38,413 bases of DNA from an uncultured bacterium (GTDB lineage: Bacteria; Ratteibacteria; UBA8468; B48-G9; JAFGKM01), in NCBI GenBank assembly GCA_964421645.1, contig CAYQXZ010000001.1, positions 7,646 through 46,058 of the forward strand. The letters run 5' to 3'. Made by a program: the position numbers and the translations under genes. Of this stretch, positions 34,461 through 38,413 are shown in pieces. The notes under the pieces are model-generated. The model worked only from the letters and a program-made list of their open reading frames with translations, made no database searches and was not told the DNA's origin. Position 1 is the first letter of the stretch. Every line of letters starts with the position of its first letter.

Positions 34461-35981
34461 CTACTGCCCGAGAAAGAGGTCTCTTGACGGGAAGTTGGCG
34501 TCAACGGTAAGGTTGACTTTCAGGCGGCGCAGTCCTATCTCGTCTCCGGGCGCGGGCACGTGGCTCAGATGGACCTCGCATCCCTTGAGTTCCTTGAGTT
34601 TTTCCATGGCCACCTCCGCGGTGGGATTGGTGGATGCCGACATGCTCAACGCTATGAGTGTTTCCTCCAGGTCAAGTATGTCCTGTTTCAATTCCAGGAA
34701 TTCCCTCTTGAAATTCTTTATCTGTTCTATCAGGTGAGAAGAGAGAAGGTGTATTTTTTCAGGTATTCCCGACATCTGTTTGATGGAATTAAGTATCAGG
34801 CTGGCGGCAGCCGTCATCAGTGCTGAGTTATTACCCGTTATGATGGTTCCGTCGGTTGTCTGCAGGGCGGCGCCGCAGGAGACCTGGGAATTGTCAGGCA
34901 TTACTTCTTTTGAGTTTTCCGCCGCAGCCCGGGCAGGTTCCACCACGAGCCTGTCCTGGGGCTTGAGATTAAGTTCCTCCATCAGGAGGATTACCTTTTC
35001 CACCGTCTGCTGCTTTTCCACTCCGAGAGCACATTCATAATTGTAACGGAAATACCTCCTGATTATCTCCTGCCCGGCGGCTTCTCTCACCAGTTCATCG
35101 TCAGTTATGGCAAACCCTATGCGGTTGACGCCCATATCCGTGGGAGAACGGTAAGGAAGGTCCTTACCCATAATCTTCTTCAGGATACGCTGCAATACGG
35201 GAAATATCTCTATGTCCCGGTTGTAGTTCACCGCCGTTTTGTTATAGGCGTTAAGGTGAAAGGAATCAATCATGTTGATGTCATCCAGGTCTGCGGTGGC
35301 TGCTTCATAGGCGATGTTCACGGGATGTTTCAGCGGGAGATTCCAGATTGGGAATGTTTCAAATTTTGCGTAGCCGGACTTTACGCCTGTTTTGTAATCG
35401 TGATAAAGCTGGGACAGGCATGTGGCCAGTTTTCCGCTGCCAGGTCCGGGTCCGGTTACAATCACTACGGGATTTTCTGTTTCAATGTAGGGATTCTTTC
35501 CGTAACCTTCTTCGCTCACGATCGTGTTGACGTCGGTGGGATACCCCTTTGTTGCAGTGTGGAGGTAAACTTTTATGCCCCTGTGTTCTAGCTTGTTCTT
35601 GAACCCGATGACCTGCGGCTGATTATCAAACCTGGTGATCACGACCGCCCGGATGTCAAGTCCGCGTTCCCGGAGACTGTCAATAAGCTTGAGGGCGTCA
35701 ACGTCGTAGGTAATGCCGAAGTCCCCGCGGATACGTCCCCTGGCTATGTCCCCGGCATAGATGCAGAGAAGTATGTCAATCTTGTCCTTGAGCTGCTGCA
35801 GGAGCTTTATCTTTATATTGTGATCGTAGCCGGGGAGCACCCTTGCCGCGTGGTAGTCATAAAGCAGTTTGCCGCCGAACTCAAGGTAGAGTTTGCCCTT
35901 GAAAAGGTCTATTCTTTCAAGTATGGCTTCGCTCTGCTGTTGCAGATACTTGGCATTGTCAAAACCGATTTTACCGTTCAT
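34461..35981 (-). CDS. DUF1846 (UPF0371) family protein
   Basis: The N-terminus GFDNAKYLQQQSEAILERI...YLEFGGKLLYDYHAARVLPGY matches my memory of this family. The length is 506 aa. Confidence 0.75.
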   Translation of the reverse strand: MNGKIGFDNAKYLQQQSEAILERIDLFKGKLYLEFGGKLLYDYHAARVLPGYDHNIKIKLLQQLKDKIDILLCIYAGDIARGRIRGDFGITYDVDALKLIDSLRERGLDIRAVVITRFDNQPQVIGFKNKLEHRGIKVYLHTATKGYPTDVNTIVSEEGYGKNPYIETENPVVIVTGPGPGSGKLATCLSQLYHDYKTGVKSGYAKFETFPIWNLPLKHPVNIAYEAATADLDDINMIDSFHLNAYNKTAVNYNRDIEIFPVLQRILKKIMGKDLPYRSPTDMGVNRIGFAITDDELVREAAGQEIIRRYFRYNYECALGVEKQQTVEKVILLMEELNLKPQDRLVVEPARAAAENSKEVMPDNSQVSCGAALQTTDGTIITGNNSALMTAAASLILNSIKQMSGIPEKIHLLSSHLIEQIKNFKREFLELKQDILDLEETLIALSMSASTNPTAEVAMEKLKELKGCEVHLSHVPAPGDEIGLRRLKVNLTVDANFPSRDLFLGQ

Positions 35982-36044
35982 GTTCTCCCGCCGGGAAAAT
36001 AATTTTTAACTGGATAAAATGATAGCATTATTTCAAGAGAGTGT

Positions 36045-38171
36045 CTATATAGCGACGCTGAAACTTCCAGATAGAACCCGCGGAGCGCGCAGAGCCATAC
36101 TGCGTGAATCCGGTTGAGAGCCTCCCGCATGGATTGTATATACCCCAGGCGGAACAATGCGCTTGCCGTCATCATTGACAATTGAATATTCTTTCCGGGA
36201 CAACCTGAAGCTGACCTCTTTCTTCTGTCCCGGGAGGAGATGGACGCGCCTGAAACCTTTAAGCGAGCGCAGAGGCGCGGGAAAAGGCGTATCCGGCCAG
36301 CTGACATACAACTGCACCACTTCATCTCCCGCAATTTTTCCGGTATTCTCCACTTCAACGGTGGCTGTCAGCGGTTCCCCCGAACGGATTTTATTACTGC
36401 TCAAACGAAGGTTGCGGTATGCAAATGTCGTGTAGCTCAAGCCGAACCCGAAAGGGTAGAGCGGTTCTTTTTCAAAATACCTGTACGTTCTTCCCTGCAT
36501 GGCGTAGTCTTTGAACGGCGGAATGTCGTCAACGGACTTGTAGAAGGTTACCGGCAGTCTTCCGCCGGGACTGTAATTACCGAAAAGGACATCGGCAACG
36601 GCATTGCCTCCTGCCTCGCCCGGGTACCATGCGGTCAGGATTGCGGGAATATTTTCATGCGCCAGGTTGACGGCGAGTGCGCTGCCGTTCAACAGGACAA
36701 GCACAACAGGTTTGCCAAGCCCGTGCAGGTACTTGACGTAGTTCTCCTGGACGGCCGGCAGTCCGATGTTTATCCTGTCCCCGCCTGCTTCGGCCTCTTC
36801 CTCTCCTTCTTCACCCTCAAGGCGGGGGGAAAGGCCCATTACGGCAATAATCACGTCTGCCTGGGTTGCGTTATATTTCACTACGTCCAGATTTCGCGGT
36901 CCATCCTTGTATCCGCAGCCCTCAACGCAGTTCACCTGTGTCCCAAGAGATACCCGGGAGACGATTCCTTCAAGCACGGTGGTCATGTTCCCGCTGAAAC
37001 CGTTGTAATTACCCGGTAAGACTTCCTGGTTCATGGCAGACGGACCGGTTACGAGAATGGATTTCAGGTCTTTGCGAAGAGGAAGAAGATTTCCTTCATT
37101 TTTCAGCAGGACGATGGATTCCCTCGCCGCAGCGAGGGCAAGTTTCCGGTGCCTGCTGCAGTTGACAATGCCTGCCGGGATGCGCGTATAGGGGACTCTT
37201 TCTTCAGGGTCAAACATCCCCAGCTTGAAACGCGTCCGCAGGAGCCGTCTTACGGAAGCGTCTATTTCTTTCTCTGTGATAAGGCCTTTTTCAACGGCGT
37301 CCTTCAGCGAGGCATACGTGCATCCGCAGTTAAGGTCGCATCCGTTTCTCACCGCGAGCGCCGCCGATTCTCCGGGAGATGAAGTTACTTTATGGTGCAG
37401 ATGGAAATCGTCTATGGCGGCGCAGTCGGAGACCACGTGTCCGGCAAACTTCCATTTTCTGCGCAGAATTTTTCCCAGCAGCGTCGGGCTTGCGCAGCAG
37501 ACTTCCCCGTTGACGCGGTTGTACGCGCCCATGACGGCTTCCACGCGTCCTTTCCTTACAAGAGACTCAAAAGCAGGAAGGTATGTTTCCCACAGGTCGC
37601 GCGGGGAGACCTCCGCGTTAAAGGTATGTCTCTCCGGTTCAGGGCCGCTGTGTACCGCATAATGCTTGGCGCAGGCGGCAGCCTTAAGATAGATGGGATG
37701 GTTTCCCTGGAGACCTCTCACGAAAGCAGTCCCGATGGCACCGGTAAGGTATGGATCTTCTCCGTAGGTTTCATGGCCGCGTCCCCAGCGCGGGTCGCGG
37801 AAGATATTTATGTTGGGAGACCAGAAAGTGAGTCCGAAGTACATATTCCTGTTCCCCTGCCTTGCCGCCGCATGGTGCTTTGCCCGGGCTTCATCGCCGG
37901 TGGCAGAGGCTATCTTTTTAACCAGAGCGTCATCCCATGTCGCGGCAAGTCCGATCGCCTGGGGGAATACCGTTGCCATTCCGGCCCGGGCAACTCCGTG
38001 GAGACACTCGTTCCACCAGGTGTATGCGGGAATGCCGAGCCGGTCTATCGCTTCCGCGTTATGCACCATCTGCGATATCTTCTCTTCCAGCGTCATCCGT
38101 TTCAACAAATCTTCCACCCGGTTACCGATGGAACTGTCGGGGTCCAGATACACTGGTTTTTGTTCGCTCAT
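36045..38171 (-). CDS. Glycoside hydrolase family 3 (beta-glucosidase / beta-xylosidase type) with a C-terminal Fn3-like domain
   Basis: The N-terminus has LTLEEKISQM and WWNECLHGVA. GHVVSDCAAI (the nucleophile Asp region) is present, and the C-terminus contains FGFGLSYTTF. No signal peptide is present. GGAGGAG precedes the ATG. Confidence 0.85.
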   Translation of the reverse strand: MSEQKPVYLDPDSSIGNRVEDLLKRMTLEEKISQMVHNAEAIDRLGIPAYTWWNECLHGVARAGMATVFPQAIGLAATWDDALVKKIASATGDEARAKHHAAARQGNRNMYFGLTFWSPNINIFRDPRWGRGHETYGEDPYLTGAIGTAFVRGLQGNHPIYLKAAACAKHYAVHSGPEPERHTFNAEVSPRDLWETYLPAFESLVRKGRVEAVMGAYNRVNGEVCCASPTLLGKILRRKWKFAGHVVSDCAAIDDFHLHHKVTSSPGESAALAVRNGCDLNCGCTYASLKDAVEKGLITEKEIDASVRRLLRTRFKLGMFDPEERVPYTRIPAGIVNCSRHRKLALAAARESIVLLKNEGNLLPLRKDLKSILVTGPSAMNQEVLPGNYNGFSGNMTTVLEGIVSRVSLGTQVNCVEGCGYKDGPRNLDVVKYNATQADVIIAVMGLSPRLEGEEGEEEAEAGGDRINIGLPAVQENYVKYLHGLGKPVVLVLLNGSALAVNLAHENIPAILTAWYPGEAGGNAVADVLFGNYSPGGRLPVTFYKSVDDIPPFKDYAMQGRTYRYFEKEPLYPFGFGLSYTTFAYRNLRLSSNKIRSGEPLTATVEVENTGKIAGDEVVQLYVSWPDTPFPAPLRSLKGFRRVHLLPGQKKEVSFRLSRKEYSIVNDDGKRIVPPGVYTIHAGGSQPDSRSMALRAPRVLSGSFSVAI

Positions 38172-38290
38172 TGCTCCTCCGTTGTCTGACTGCGTATTAT
38201 TTCACATATCCGTGCGGTTTTCAAAAAAACTCTCTTCATTGCATACGTCTGCGGGTGATTTAAAAAAAACTTCATGTGCGGAATATGCGG

Positions 38291-38296
38291 TATAAT
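38291..38296 (+). promoter_or_regulatory. Candidate -10 box (TATAAT) for the gene starting at 38355
   Basis: TATAAT lies 58 nt upstream of an SD-preceded ATG. The -35 is poor. Confidence 0.3.
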
Positions 38297-38354
38297 AAGG
38301 CAAGGAGACAATCTCGCAGGCAGAAAGCTGCAAAAGAGATGAAGGGGAGGAATT

Positions 38355-38413
38355 ATGAGTGTGCCGAGTAAAGCTTGTGCAGTCCAGTCGGTAACCTTGC
38401 AAGAGGACGAGGA
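38355..38413 (+). CDS. 5' end of an unidentified gene that runs off the window (MSVPSKACAVQSVTLQEDE...)
   Basis: The ATG is preceded by GGGGAGG 5 nt upstream, and the frame stays open to the window end. Confidence 0.35.
   Translation, partial: MSVPSKACAVQSVTLQEDE

Noticed and set aside
35978-38189. ORF 35978..36358 (minus strand) and plus-strand ORFs 36240..37019 and 37392..38189
   Set aside because: They overlap the GH3 gene out of frame or antisense. ORF 35978..36358 would also span the DUF1846 start region. No motifs were seen.
1-38413. Search for CRISPR arrays, tRNA/rRNA genes and long tandem repeats
   Set aside because: Reading through the window and its intergenic regions, I saw no regularly spaced direct repeats beyond the IS ends and the hypC-upstream pair. 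I also saw no cloverleaf-like or rRNA-like segments. This was a visual scan only, not a computed one.

Overview
This is a 38.4-kb, densely coding bacterial chromosomal window with about 35 genes. I recognised no rRNA, tRNA or CRISPR array. The gene content (a DUF1559-type pseudopilin and a DUF4159/DUF4175-type Bat-like envelope operon) suggests a PVC-superphylum-like organism, but that is inference only.

Layout:
- (i) 1-7208: a minus-strand, translationally coupled envelope operon. It encodes a large DUF4175-like membrane protein, a secreted protein, a DUF2341/PA14/PKD/TPR protein and a double-DUF4159 protein.
- (ii) 7243-11176: a compositionally deviant (AT-rich) four-gene minus-strand operon behind a consensus promoter. 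It encodes a beta-class SPPY DNA methyltransferase fused to a degenerate SNase-like OB-fold, a small PD-(D/E)xK-like endonuclease, a MORC/Hsp90-like GHKL ATPase and a 144-aa HTH-like protein. This is the best candidate for an undescribed composite defence system.
- (iii) 11190-16328: an accessory or decaying stretch. It holds a secreted protein, a TPR protein whose 3' end abuts a 1.4-kb IS with duplicated subterminal repeats, TspO plus an unknown protein, and a radical-SAM pseudogene.
- (iv) 16347-29293: mainly housekeeping and envelope genes. These are an HMGL-like aldolase, two secreted/lipoproteins, ald, copA, a pseudopilin, cysK, a PlpD-like type Vd patatin autotransporter, a sugar-1-P nucleotidyltransferase, a PP-loop ATPase and a pyruvate kinase lacking its C-domain.
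- (v) 29285-34281: hypC-hypD-hypE, co-oriented with genes for a DapB-like dehydrogenase, a hydroxypyruvate-isomerase-like protein and a TauE exporter.
- (vi) 34461-38171: a DUF1846 protein and a GH3 glycosidase.

Several near-consensus sigma70-type promoters lie so close to their ATG codons that leaderless mRNAs are likely. All family assignments come from motif recognition by eye. No database search was run.
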